64,000 nucleotides of DNA from Hydrolagus affinis. Lineage: Eukaryota. Where the stretch lies: assembly GCA_012026655.1 (NCBI GenBank), contig JAAILG010001386.1:1-64000 (forward strand), written 5' to 3'. Made by a program: the position numbers and the translations under genes. How positions within the stretch are numbered: position 1 is the first letter of the stretch; each line of letters begins with the position of its first letter. Positions 1-11,360 of the stretch are shown in pieces. The notes below the pieces were generated by a model. The model searched no databases, was not told where the DNA came from, and saw only the letters and a program-made list of their open reading frames with translations.

Positions 1-343
1 ATTAAATAGTTTATCCCATCATTTGAATTGTTTCAGCCAGTACTAGAAATGTTTACAGTGAAAGAATTCCCTTGTTGCATTTCATTATCCACTTACAGTA
101 AAAGTGATAACATGAGACTCCTTAACCTGTAAAGAGCACTGGAATGAATCCCACAGATTAGCGATAGCTGGTGCTTTCTGGGTGAAGTATCTACGTGCTT
201 TTCTATGCACTATTTGCATTTTCACTCGTTGAATGCATGTTGAGACTGCAGTTCTTCAAGCTAACCTGTGGAATACTTCACTACCAACTTGCTGCTTTGC
301 TCAATCAATTCAAAAGGTTCTAACAGCCAATTCTATCAGTATA

Positions 344-407
344 CAACAACAACAACAACTTTGATTTATATAGCGCCCTCCACGCCGGACGGCATCTCAG
401 AGCGATT
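344..407 (-). mobile_element. L2 LINE extreme 3' end (tail type B) with (TTG)n tail
   Basis: (aac)n followed by tttgatttatatagcgccctccacgccggacggcatctcagagcg; the same tail is attached to longer L2 bodies at 33287 and 45335-45393. Confidence 0.7.
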
Positions 408-440
408 CTGTAAAGGTTCTGCTCCTAATACACTTAGTAT

Positions 441-823
441 TATAATAATAATAATCCTTGAATTTGATATAGCACCCTTGTCACATCTTTGTGACATCTC
501 AAAGTGCTTCACTGAATATATTGTAAAGTGAATAAAATGTACATTTTGTGAGCACAATCCAGCAGCTAATTGCGCACATCAGTGTCCCATAAACAGTCGT
601 GGATCGAGAGACCAAATTATTATTTGAAGTAAATTTTGTTTTGAAGGATTTATAACCAGCAAAGCGATCCATCAATCAACTGACAATCAGATGCCTACTT
701 ATTGCTAGGTGAACAGAGGCATTTGGAGTAATGTTTCACCCTGCTGGAAATCAAACCTGGGAATCAAACCCAGGTCCCCTTGTTTCCAAGCCGAGTGCTC
801 TAACCACTGAGCTACAGTGCTCC
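441..823 (-). mobile_element. tRNA-derived SINE, long subfamily
   Basis: Reverse-strand head GGAGCACTGTAGCTCAGTGGTTAGAGCACTC (A box), B-box region (locally duplicated), central ctctgttcacctagcaataagtagg segment, (TTA)n tail; more than 10 related copies in the window. Confidence 0.85.
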
Positions 824-1829
824 ACAAGTTGTGGCAAAGACATCTCTGACATTCACACGGTACATTTGGTAGCTTGAGGCTTGGCTCAACATAGAAACAT
901 TTGACACCTCAATTCTGAACCCAAAGTCATTGATTGACAGACATGGTACAATTTAATTCTTTTGACATTTACTTCTGCAAAATATTAGCGAGCAATCATT
1001 TTGATTGGTTTCTGCTCTGACTCCAAGAGACCCTGAAGTTTTCCTTTTAATGTGCTTGGGACATGCCTCACTTATTTGTCTTCTCTTCAGATATTTGTCA
1101 CGGAATTAGACAATGATAGCACATTTAGAGGAAAAGTTGCTGATATGGTTTTAAATCTCACTTGACAAAGTTGAATGACTTGTGGAACTAGCTGGGGACA
1201 GTCCCTCATCATCATTATATTCAGGACTTGCTTAATTAATCCCTTTAATTGTCCGGGTGGTGTAAGTAGTTCAGTTCGTCCCTGATGCTTAAAGTATAAA
1301 GAATGTCGAATTCATTGCAGCCAACCTAGAGAATATCAAGTAATTCTGCAGAATCCTCTTAATTGCATAACATTTAAATGAATCTCACGCTGCAATGAAT
1401 AAGCCAAATAACATACTTAGAATGATGGACTCCTTAGTAAATTAAAAGGGCCATGTTGTAACAACTTGAAAACCCAAACCAGTTTACTTTAGTTTATAAA
1501 AAGTTATCAGCTTCTATTTGGTCCACTTGGACATCTCTATCTTGGTTTTCAGAACCAAGAAGTGGTAGAAAGGAAATTCATAGCTCCAAATTTCAGACAC
1601 CTCAGTCCAATAAATAACCCTTTAACAGACGAGCAGTTTAGTGCAATTGAAGGTTTGGTTTCTAGTCATTATAATAAACATTGGCCATTTCCAACATGAA
1701 TTATATGAGTAAAGAGGTATTCTGAAAATCCCAGGGTTGCAGAACAAGAAGACATACATTCAGGGTTGCAAAGCACAAGTTCAAGAAAGTCACCGGGAAG
1801 TATTTCTTTACCGAGAGGCACATTAATTC

Positions 1830-2140
1830 TTAGAGTTTGGTATAGCACCTTTCAGGATGATGTCAGGACCTTTTATATAATATGAAGTGGTATTTTTTGT
1901 GTGGCAGACAATTTGTACACATCAATATCTCACAAACAGCCATGATGTGAGTGACCAATTTTATTCGGGGTGTATTGGCAATGACACTGGGAGAATCTCC
2001 CTTCTCCTTTTCAAATAATACCATGGGATCTTTAACATACACCTGAACAGGCAGACAGGACTTCAGTTTAACATCTCCAAATTACAGGCCACCTTCAACA
2101 ATACTGCACCGCACTGAAGTGTCAGCCTCAACTAGGGGAG
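1830..2140 (-). mobile_element. Old Deu-domain-type SINE relic
   Basis: gacactgggagaatctcccttctccttttcaaataataccatgggatctttaacatacacctgaacaggcagacagg matches related copies at 12863 and 61230 and resembles Deu-SINE/AmnSINE1 cores. Confidence 0.65.
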
Positions 2141-3097
2141 TTCCAAAGCCCAATTAATGACTGACCCAGGTATTGAGAGGATTATAGAGTGGATGTTCTG
2201 GAACAATCAGATGAAATAGGATGAGGAGCTTTCTTCATCCAAACTAATTTTGCGCTGCACTTCAGTAATGATTCATTTAAATAGAAAGTGAGTTGCTTAA
2301 TGGGTTCCTTCATTGTGAAGTGTGCTTATTCATTTTCTAAAGTGTACAATAACTGAGTAAGTTATTCAAAACACATCATTGTGCATGTAACTTGAAACTT
2401 TACAGCAACGAAGAAGGCAATTTGGCTTGTCTTTGCTGGTTGATGGAACCTGTGATGGAAACTGTTAATTTTTATTACAGTGATTATGAGGCTAGCATCT
2501 GAATAGGCTGAATTTATAGTTTCTTAGGGGTATTTATTGCTCCCAAGAGATAGTAGCTGTGCTGGTTAATTGTCTGGAATCCAAAGCTTATGGTCATAGC
2601 CCCAAATCACTGTATGAAATATTGGGGTTTAATTTGCATTTTTTGCTGGAAACAAAATCCTTAATAAAGGGATCAAATGGGAACCCCTCTGGGAAATTGG
2701 AGTGTCATGGTGTGACCCTCGAGAATTGTACACTGATGCAATTGATTCTGGAATGGCATTCCCATAGGTTAGTATGTTGCATACAATGTACTTTTGGTTG
2801 CTAGAAGGAATCCTGCGTTGATTTCCTTATTAAGGAGACCTTAAACAATATTTCCTTCTCAGTTGGAATTTTTGGTGAAATAAAGTTTTTTGATGTCTAA
2901 GTAACCACATAATAGCAATAAGCAACTGCCCCCATCCTGTCACACAATTCTTTGTTGACTTTGAGAACTTAACATTGTTACATTTGCTGATTTTCTCAAG
3001 AACAGTGTCTGGTATATGATGATTTCTAATGCCATTCCCCAATAAGAGTACCTGAAAAGGTCATGCTGACTCACAGGAAGTCTTCTCTGATGTGATC

Positions 3098-3275
3098 ATA
3101 ATAATAAGAAGAACCCTTGCATTTGATATAGCATACAGCACCTTATCACATTGTTACATCATACTCTTCACAGAGTATACTGCAAATGAACTGACGTATA
3201 TTTTGTGGGGGAAACGCAGGAGCTAAATCACACAGCAGTGTCCCACAAACAATTCACCAATTGTCTAACAACCTG
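3098..3275 (-). mobile_element. 3' part of tRNA-SINE split by the Harbinger insertion
   Basis: SINE tail and body end at ...ctaacaac-CTG; the SINE continues after the transposon at 6229. Confidence 0.8.
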
Positions 3276-3490
3276 GGGCCATATCCATGAAACCTTACTA
3301 AGCCTAGTTGGTTACTAAAAAGGCCTGTAGTTGCTTACTAAGCCTAGTTGGTAACTAATTGGTATTCATGAAACATCACTAGCGTTAGTTACATTCTAAG
3401 TTTCGTACTAAAGTTAGTGTTGACCCAGGGTAACTCTAAATCACTAGTTAGCAACTATACCATTTTACCACTGACCACCGACGTGACAAC

Positions 3491-4513
3491 ATGGCCAGAA
3501 GAATCATGGAATTGGTAGAACTTCGTCGTGCTATGCGAAGAGAACGCATATTCTGGGACAGGAGGAACCCAATAGACATATTTAGCGATGCACAGTTGCA
3601 ACAGCGATACAGATTTTCCTGGGAAGGGATAATGCAAATCACAAACTTAGTTGCGCCCGATATTGAACATTCCACAAGGAGGAGCTCCGCCCTTCTACCG
3701 TATCAACAAGTCCTAATTGCACTACAATATTATGCATCAGGAACTTTCCATATGCTCGTAGGGGATCCACTCCAAGTATCCCAACCCACAGCTTGCCGAG
3801 CCATTCATCGAGTTACCAATGCTCTGTGTAGAAAAATTAATGACTTTGTGAAATTCCTGGATGAAAACAGCTCAGCTGAAATTAAGGATGGATTCTTTGA
3901 TATGAGAGGCTTTCCAGGAGTAATTGAATGTGTTGATGGAACACACGTATGGATAGTAGCTCCTCATGAGAATGAAGTAGACTATGTTAATAGAAAAGGA
4001 TACCCCTCTATTAATGTCCAAGTTATCTGTGATCATAGAGGGAAATTTATAAACATAGTGGCACAATGGCCTGGATCAGCACATGAAAGTAGAATTATTA
4101 GGAACAGCCAAGTATGGGACATTATGGAAGCTGGAATGGTTCACGGCTGTATCCTAGGTGACAGCGGATATCCGTGCCGCAATTGGTTGATGACGCCCCT
4201 CCTGCATACGCAAACTGTTCAAGAACGTCGCTACAAGTCGGCTCATAAAGGCACAAGAGTATTGGTGGAACAGACAATTGGTAGATGGAAACGCAGATTC
4301 CATCTCCTACATCTACAAAGTCGAATGAGAAACCCAGAGTCCACTTGCCGTGTTATAGCTGCAACAGCAGTCTTACATAACATTGCCATAGATAGAAATG
4401 AAGCCCTGGGTGAAGACATTGCACCAGGCCGGGAACAACCACAGCATAAAGACTACAATGGTCAATTAAATGTCCCAAGAACAAGAGCAGTGCTGATTGC
4501 AAATTGGTTTTAA
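3491..4513 (+). CDS. Harbinger (HARBI1-like, DDE_Tnp_4) transposase, 340 aa, intronless
   Basis: Motifs RYRF, L.YYASG, VSQPT..R, FPGVI.CVDGTH, NRKGY.SINVQ..CD, WPGSAH, LGDSGY, LMTP, R..VEQTIGRWKRRF, AVLHN; catalytic D/D/E present; good Kozak context aacATGG. Confidence 0.95.
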   Translation: MARRIMELVELRRAMRRERIFWDRRNPIDIFSDAQLQQRYRFSWEGIMQITNLVAPDIEHSTRRSSALLPYQQVLIALQYYASGTFHMLVGDPLQVSQPTACRAIHRVTNALCRKINDFVKFLDENSSAEIKDGFFDMRGFPGVIECVDGTHVWIVAPHENEVDYVNRKGYPSINVQVICDHRGKFINIVAQWPGSAHESRIIRNSQVWDIMEAGMVHGCILGDSGYPCRNWLMTPLLHTQTVQERRYKSAHKGTRVLVEQTIGRWKRRFHLLHLQSRMRNPESTCRVIAATAVLHNIAIDRNEALGEDIAPGREQPQHKDYNGQLNVPRTRAVLIANWF

Positions 4514-5029
4514 TGACAATCTTATAACCAACTACATGTTATCTGACATTTTGTTTCTGAATGACAATTTACTTAAAATGAGAGACATGTATATATGCTA
4601 TTGGCAATAGAGAAAGAAACCATCTTTATTCTACATTATGTTTCAAACGTCTTTCTTGAAAATAAGGTATCATGATATTCAATGATGTTTAAACAGACTT
4701 TTAGCACAACAACTCTTCATATCTTGAATGGTCAACATTTGTCATGTGATCAAGTAAAATGGGTCGTTTGTCGCTTATATTGATTTGGAGATGTTAAATT
4801 CTTTTTGTATGTCATTGTTTTCAGAGGGAATATTTTTTCATATCTCAAGAACAGTAACTCCAATTTGATGAAGCTTCAGCAAAATAAAGCTAATTGTGTT
4901 TTACATGTGACACTTGAAAACTAATTTAAAATAGGTTGCCCGGCAAAATACTTGATTTCCTTGATCACATCAAATTGGTATTTGATTATCAGCGCGTATG
5001 AACTTTTAAGTTATGAGCTTTTAAGCTAT

Positions 5030-5837
5030 TTACAAATTGAAGAACACTCCATCTTCATTATGCACAGTTGACTGTCCTACTTTACGTTTTAACAGTTCAA
5101 TTTCTAGCTTCAGTTTTTCTTGTTTCAAAAGCAAGTTCTCTCGCTTAATCAAAGCATTGTCACGTTCAATGTCAATGAGTTCCTCAAATGACTTATGCTG
5201 CTGCTTCTGTTTTTTTGATGCTGGAATGAAACTCTCAGACGATTTGGAGGTTGATGGTGTTTGTTCCTCTAAACCTTCCTCTTCTGCAGGTAGCTCATCC
5301 ATGTCATCGCCTGTAAAACCAGTCAATATAAATAAAAACAAAAAGCATGTGATCGTTGCATATGAGTAGTGTTTCTGCAAATATTGTGCGAGAATATCCG
5401 TATTCTTTATTATTGTTTTAAATGTAAATATGTCAAATTTCCTTTATTTAAAATGTATCCATTATTTGTTAATGCTTGTCCAATAATGTTGACTATTTAC
5501 GTCCCCAATAACTAACATTTAAGATATTGTAAAACGAAGGGAAAGAGGGACCTTGTGTAGATATAGTCCAAGTATAAAAATGAGTATATAAATGGATATT
5601 AATTATGTAGGTCTAATTCACTCACCTTCATCCTCACAAGATATTTCTCTTGTATTTGGTCCTGCTNNNNNNNNNNNNNNNNNNNNNNNNNNNNNNNNNN
5701 NNNNNNNNNNNNNNNNNNNNNNNNNNNNNNNNNNNNNNNNNNNNNNNNNNNNNNNNNNNNNNNNNNTCATACTTGTCTGCCAAAAAGAGATTCTCTTCTT
5801 GAGAATAATTTGCCTTCCTTGGCCTTTTTGTAGCCAT
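5030..5837 (-). CDS. Harbinger accessory Myb/SANT-like (trihelix, MSANTD/NAIF1-type) DNA-binding protein, spliced, partly hidden by gap
   Basis: ATG at 5837 gives MATKRPRKANYSQEENLFLADKY (RKxNF/YSxxE motif). Upstream exon ends 5626 (GAAG|GTGAG); phase-1 intron 5311-5625 with acceptor ttttacag; terminal exon 5310-5030 encodes an acidic linker, KKQK and coiled coil ENLLLKQEKLKLEIELLKRK. Confidence 0.8.
5667..5766. other. Assembly gap (100 N)
   Basis: Run of N inside the Myb-like gene. Confidence 1.
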
Positions 5838-6228
5838 GTTTGGTAACCTAGCTATATATGCAATTGCTAGAGAATTTGATTTTGATTCACTTACATGCAG
5901 TACACTATACCACATATAGGCCTTGGTCCAGTTGTTTGTATGCTAATCCATGCAAGTGATGGACATGGATTAGCCTAATACACCTGTCACACCATTGTAT
6001 CTATTGTCATCACATTCCATATATGCCCATTCCACCCAAAAGCACCCAATTCCAGTTACTCAAGTATGCAACTAAATTCTCCTAGTATGTAACTAGTTAG
6101 CAAGGTTCTTAGTAAGGTTTCATGAATTACAATTTAGTTGTCAACTCCATAGTTGGCTACTAGGCATTTTAGTATCCTATTAAGGCCTAGTTGGCTGCTA
6201 AGTTAGTAAGGTTTCATGAATATGGCCC

Positions 6229-6365
6229 CTGGTTCCTACTCACTGCTAGGTAAATAATGGAGTGTGGAGTAAGCAAACTTGCCTAAGGCTTTGCCCTGCC
6301 CGGGAATCATACCAGTGTCCTCTCGCTTGTGAGGCGAAAGCTCTGACCAATGTACTACAGGATCC
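6229..6365 (-). mobile_element. 5' part (tRNA head) of the SINE split by Harbinger
   Basis: CTG-gttcctactcactgctaggtaaa...ctacaggatcc is colinear with intact SINE copies. Confidence 0.8.
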
Positions 6366-8054
6366 TTTCACTGGAAGATCTTTCCCAGTTTCCTCATTAA
6401 GGACTTCCTGTAGAGTGGACCTGAGATAGATTTGTGTTAGCGGAGTGTCAAGAGATTGTGGCAGCAGTCCATTTATCTGTGTTTTGTGCCACTGTCTGCA
6501 ATCTTACTCCTCAGAAAACCAGAGTTAGGTTCAGGAAAAAGGGTCTAATTTAGCTTGTTAAGACCTGTTAAAAACTATTAAGGAGCCACTCTTGCAGAGC
6601 AGTGCAGATGAGAAGGCACATAGGAAAATGAATACTTAACTCAGTTCAAACCTGTCATTAGTTGGTTTAATGAAGCAAAAGACCCTGTCCAAGCAGCCAG
6701 TCTTTTCATATGTTAGCTGGGATGGACTGTGTTATCGTAGGAGCCAAATCCAATTTAATCTTCAATTGAACAGATTCACTTTACAGCAGGTGTTGCTGGA
6801 CTGTGATCAACAGCAACAAAGCTGGTGGAATATTTTTCCACTAGCCAGAGGCATGGGGCCAATTATAGTACCCACTGGGTCACCCCAACTGAGATTAGGC
6901 AACCAATTTTAAACCTGCAGGTTGCCAGGAAAAATGGTTGATATCAAGACACTGGACTCATTAACAAAAAAACTTGATTTAATGATGGGAGTACAATAGG
7001 GTGGGTGGTCTGGAAGGATGAGATCGGATAGGTTGAAGAGGCTTCTTCATCCAAACTAATCCTGGGATCTTGTGATCTTCCAGATATGTAGAGCTCATTT
7101 TTCTACCAGCTGTGACATTCCTTGCTGAGTCATTGCAGGACCTATTGAAAAACATTTTTTCAGAAATGTACATACACTTCGCTGAAGTTGTAGGGAACAG
7201 TCTACCTCACATATATAAATCTAATCAGTGTAATTTATCAGTACTTTCTCTTGAATCGCTAGATGATCTTACTCTGAACTTCAGACAGGTTTAAGAAGCT
7301 TCTTTCATGCTGGAAATGTGCAAAAGTTTAGTGTGACAGATACATTTCCTTTCCATCCCATCTTGTTACTTCCTGTAGGTTTCACAGACATGGCAAAAAT
7401 ATCTTTCACCCCTGATCTTGTTTTTAATCAAGCAAAATAGCAGGTCATGTTGCTTAACATTCTGTATCCTATAGAGGATTCTGATCTGATTGTTTTCCAG
7501 CAATTCCTATTAAGTAAACATCCACATGTAAAAAAATAACCTAACTAGTCCCATCTAGTGCATATCATGTCTCAAAAAAAATACAATGTGAATGTTTCAG
7601 CTTGTCGCACTTTTGTCTCCAGATCAGATGATTGTGGTTTCAATTCCGCATAGGGTTCAAGCTCCAAATCAGAACTTTGATTTGAGTCTAGGCTGACACT
7701 CCATTGTAATGTTGGGGGAATACAGCAATGTCAGCATAACACAACACACTTGAAACTAATTGCTGCAAAATAATGGTCATCCAACTATAAGATTCTTTGC
7801 TGGAATCAAATGAGTTTACCCACACTAAAACATACCTCTTAACCAAGTGCTTCCCCCAACATGAAAGCCACTATACAAATATAATTTATTGTTGTATTTA
7901 TCTAATTGTAGCTCCCTATCCTAATGTGACTTATCCCAGCACATTGTAGCAGCAAACAATTTGATCGGCCAAATTATTTCTCATTATAATGTATAATGTT
8001 TGTAATTCATTACTATGTTTGTAAAATGTAAGAAACTTTTAATTTCCTAGAGTG

Positions 8055-8318
8055 AGAGTGAGAGACTGTTTCCCTTGGTTGGAGAAACTATTACTAGGGG
8101 TCACAGTCTTAAGATTAGGGGGTCAGCCTTCTCACACAGAGTTGAGGAAACACTTCTTCACTCAGAGGTTAGTGAATTTATGGAATTCTCTACCTCAAAA
8201 GACTGTAGATGCTCAGTCCTTCAATATATTCAAGACTGAAATTGATAGATTTCTTATGGATAAAGGGATTAACGAATATGGCGATAAAGCGGGCAGATGG
8301 AATTAGATTAGAAGATCA
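8055..8318 (+). mobile_element. CR1 LINE 3' fragment
   Basis: Encodes LRKHFFTQRLVNLWNSLPQKTVDAQSFNIFKTEIDRFL, the CR1 ORF2 C-terminus. Confidence 0.9.
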
Positions 8319-10149
8319 GACATTGTACAACTCTAGAATAATCGTTATCTTCGCAAAGGCTCTCTCTCCAATGATGGCTTCTGGTTTATTAAGACCAACA
8401 TTAAATTTTAATCCCATTTTTCATTTCAAACCTTCTACTTTCAACTGATTTTGAAAGTTAGTTCTCATATTTTCTCCCAGTGATGTGTTTACACACATCC
8501 CCTTTCTTTGCTATTTGTTTCAATCACTCACACTCCCAGTATTTTCTGCTTCATGGAAATATATTTGTGCTCATCCCACATAATCTCTTACCCTCGAAAA
8601 GCCAACATTATTGGCCTTTTATCAGTGTATTCTACAGCTGCCATGAACTCTCATATTATCCATAAACTTGAAAGATCTGACCAATCTACTAACACCAATA
8701 TAGCTTTCAGTAAGACTTCTGCACTGGAATTCGTATCTATGTTTGTTTCTCTGGAAAAGTGCAGTTATATACTTCTGTGATTTACAGTCAAAGGTTTGGA
8801 CATTTCCAAAGATTTTAAGAGGGTGTGGAACCTTGAATATCTATCACCAAACTCACCAAACCTAAGCAATAATAATCCTTGCATTTCACATTGTGCCTTG
8901 TCACATCTTCTAGACATCATAAAGTGCTCCACAGAATATACTGATAGTGAATTGATTGCATGTTTTATGGTTATCTAGTGGTTATTAAGTGAGGTCTCCC
9001 TGGAGCTGAATTGACTCCAGGTGACACGCTTGTCAAAACACAGTATTCCAGGACACTACTGATACAGCCAGCCTGATTCATCAAAGGACAGACCAGTCAC
9101 TGGGTCAGAGAGTCATCCCACTCAGTTCCCGTTAACACTGCAAGCAAAGCCCTAACAGGTAGGGTGGTCTAAGGTGGGCAAGTATCAGGAAAGCTTGTCA
9201 GATAGTAATATCAATGGCAAACTATGGGGCTTTAGCTGACTAGACTCCAGCAGTATGCCAATGTACCCCCAAGCCTTGGCTCTCAGCTCTTGTCTAATAG
9301 TTTCCAGAATTAGGTGAGCTGGAAGCATCCTTTCAGGGAGAGAGTGTGCATTCCACTCCAACAACCCATCACTGGAATTTCCATGTGTCCATGTATAGCT
9401 GGGGTCTCAGTTTGTTCTGGATCCCATAAGCATGGTGATGGGTTTCCGTATATGTCCCAAACTCTGTTGAAAAAAAAAGTGGTTATATAGATTCCTTGTG
9501 ATTTGCTCTATCTCTGTGCTATTGTCAATACATGATTATTTTGCCCATGAACCCAGGGATAAATTCAGGCTTGGTTCTCTCACTTTATTTCTCCTTCACA
9601 TTCCTCCATTCCTCTATGCTTCCCCTATCCTTAGCCATTGTTTTGCTAATGATTGCACAGAGCATTCATCAACAATGCATGTACATAGTACATAGTCGTC
9701 ATTCTCTCTCTCTCAAGTGCAACAGCTGAATCAGGCAGCATTGATCTGCCTATATCTTTCAATAGAGAACTGAAATCTAGTTTCTTTCAATTCTTCAAAA
9801 GCACAGTGTCTTCACGTCTCTCACAAGTCTAAGAAATAAACGACCATCTCTTACCTTTGATGACTTCATCTATCAATATTCTTTATCTCACTCCTCTAAT
9901 CTTAAATTCATCTTTTTCTATACTGGAACTGTTTCCAAGAAGCTTGATTTCCTCTTTCATGATAACGTTTTTATTTTCCCCTCAACAATTCTTAACCTTT
10001 TATAAAACCCAAGTACAGTACATCCAAGACTTGAATACTGGCTGATTCTTTCCTTACTACATAACATTTTAAAAATGTAAATGACATTGCAAAAGTACAC
10101 AAAGCAACAGATGCATGAAGACAATAGAACCTGAGAGTATAGGTCTAGA

Positions 10150-10356
10150 ATTGCAAACGCAATTTCAGGATAGACACCAGTTTGTTTTACCCACAGGACT
10201 GGAATAGTTTACTAGAAAGGCAGGTTGAGGCCAAGACACTGGACTCATTTAAAAACAACTTGACGCTTTGATGAGGGGCCATTAGAGTGGATGTTATGGA
10301 AGAACAAGATCCAATGGTCAGAAGGGTCTTCTTCATCTGAACTGATCTTGTGATCT
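10150..10356 (+). mobile_element. Decayed CR1 3' fragment (related copy at ~6900-7075)
   Basis: gacactggactcatttaaaaacaacttgac...cttcttcatctgaactgatcttgtgatct recurs at 6948-7078, 2180-2250 and 41670 (reverse). Confidence 0.6.
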
Positions 10357-11191
10357 ATATTGATTTCTACAGTGTTTAATAAGAACTAGTTTTCAAATTA
10401 AGACTGAATTAAAGAATTTTGCACTCTTACCTTTATTAATAAAATGATCTTACATGCTAAAACTAGGTTGAACGTCTATCCTCTAATCCTTTCAAGCTTC
10501 AAATATGTTTGTTTTTCTTCCCTGTACTTTTATTGTCTTGAAATAAAGACCCTCCTAAGGCATTACACAAGTGTAATTTAATGTTGTAGTTGCTGTTCTT
10601 TCTCCTCAGACTCATTGTTTTCTGTTTCCCAGATTCTCAAGAGTATGAACCTGCTTTCATGTCAGTTTTCCTTTCCTTTTATACACTGCAGATCTCCAAT
10701 ATCCAAGATTATTTTACAAGATTTGTATGTCAGTCAATGGCTCAGCTAACAGTTGCTGGTTAATTATCAAGTATAAATGCCAAGATTACCGTGCTAACAA
10801 CCCAGCGGTAACTGCACAGTATTAGCACCAAGGGTGCTGGTATGAACAAACAAACAAGCTTCTATTCGTTAGCCTTGACAGATCTATAAAATTGCAGAAG
10901 ACTTTCAGCAAAGCTGTTTGAAAAACAAATCGACTATTTTGGAATGAATTTAAGATTTTGAGATTTGAATCCCAGCATTAGGCTTCCAGATGACAAATTC
11001 TTATTCAGAACTGATATTCAGCATTCAAATTGAGTTTCGATCCTAAAAGACATACAATATTAATAGTGATCCTTGCATTTGGTATAGTCTTTCATGTCAG
11101 GAGGCTTGCAATTTTTGCAAGACACTTTGAGGCATTCCAACATTATATATATCATATCAAATTTAAAGATTAGTATAACTTAACCACAATA

Positions 11192-11360
11192 CAGTAAGCT
11201 CCTGATTGTCATCCAAGGGGAAAAGGTTCAGTTATGCAGAATGACTAACAAGATACAATACATGGATAAATAGATAAATAAATGCGGCCGGGATATGGAC
11301 AGCATGATGACTTAAATAGTGCTGACTTTTAAGCCTAGTTCAAGTAACAGGAGTTTATTG
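11192..11360. mobile_element. Tigger/pogo-like MITE, 169 bp
   Basis: TA-CAGTAAGCTCCTG ... CAGGAGTTTATTG-TA: imperfect TIRs flanked by TA. Confidence 0.65.

Larger units (their letters stand above)
3276..6228 (+). mobile_element. Autonomous-type PIF/Harbinger DNA transposon (~2.95 kb plus unknown gap size)
   Basis: TIRs GGGCCATAT(C/T)CATGAAACCTTACTAA (3276-3301 / 6203-6228, one mismatch); 3-bp TSD CTG (3273-3275, 6229-6231); DDE transposase plus convergent Myb/SANT-like gene. Confidence 0.95.

Noticed and set aside
1091-1147. Possible exon after acceptor ttgtcttctcttcag
   Set aside because: No convincing donor and the peptide is not recognised
3297-3460. CRISPR-like repeat array
   Set aside because: Irregular spacing, no unique spacers, eukaryotic context; these are transposon subterminal repeats
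3491-4513. Host gene HARBI1
   Set aside because: Intronless ORF inside TIRs with a TSD and a partner Myb-like gene: a transposon, not the domesticated gene
8975-9470. GC-richer segment as an LTR or LINE 5' UTR
   Set aside because: No termini, TSD or second copy visible in the window, so it cannot be supported
10632-10659. Possible micro-exon after ttttctgtttcccag
   Set aside because: Weak donor (GTCAGT), 28 nt, no supporting evidence
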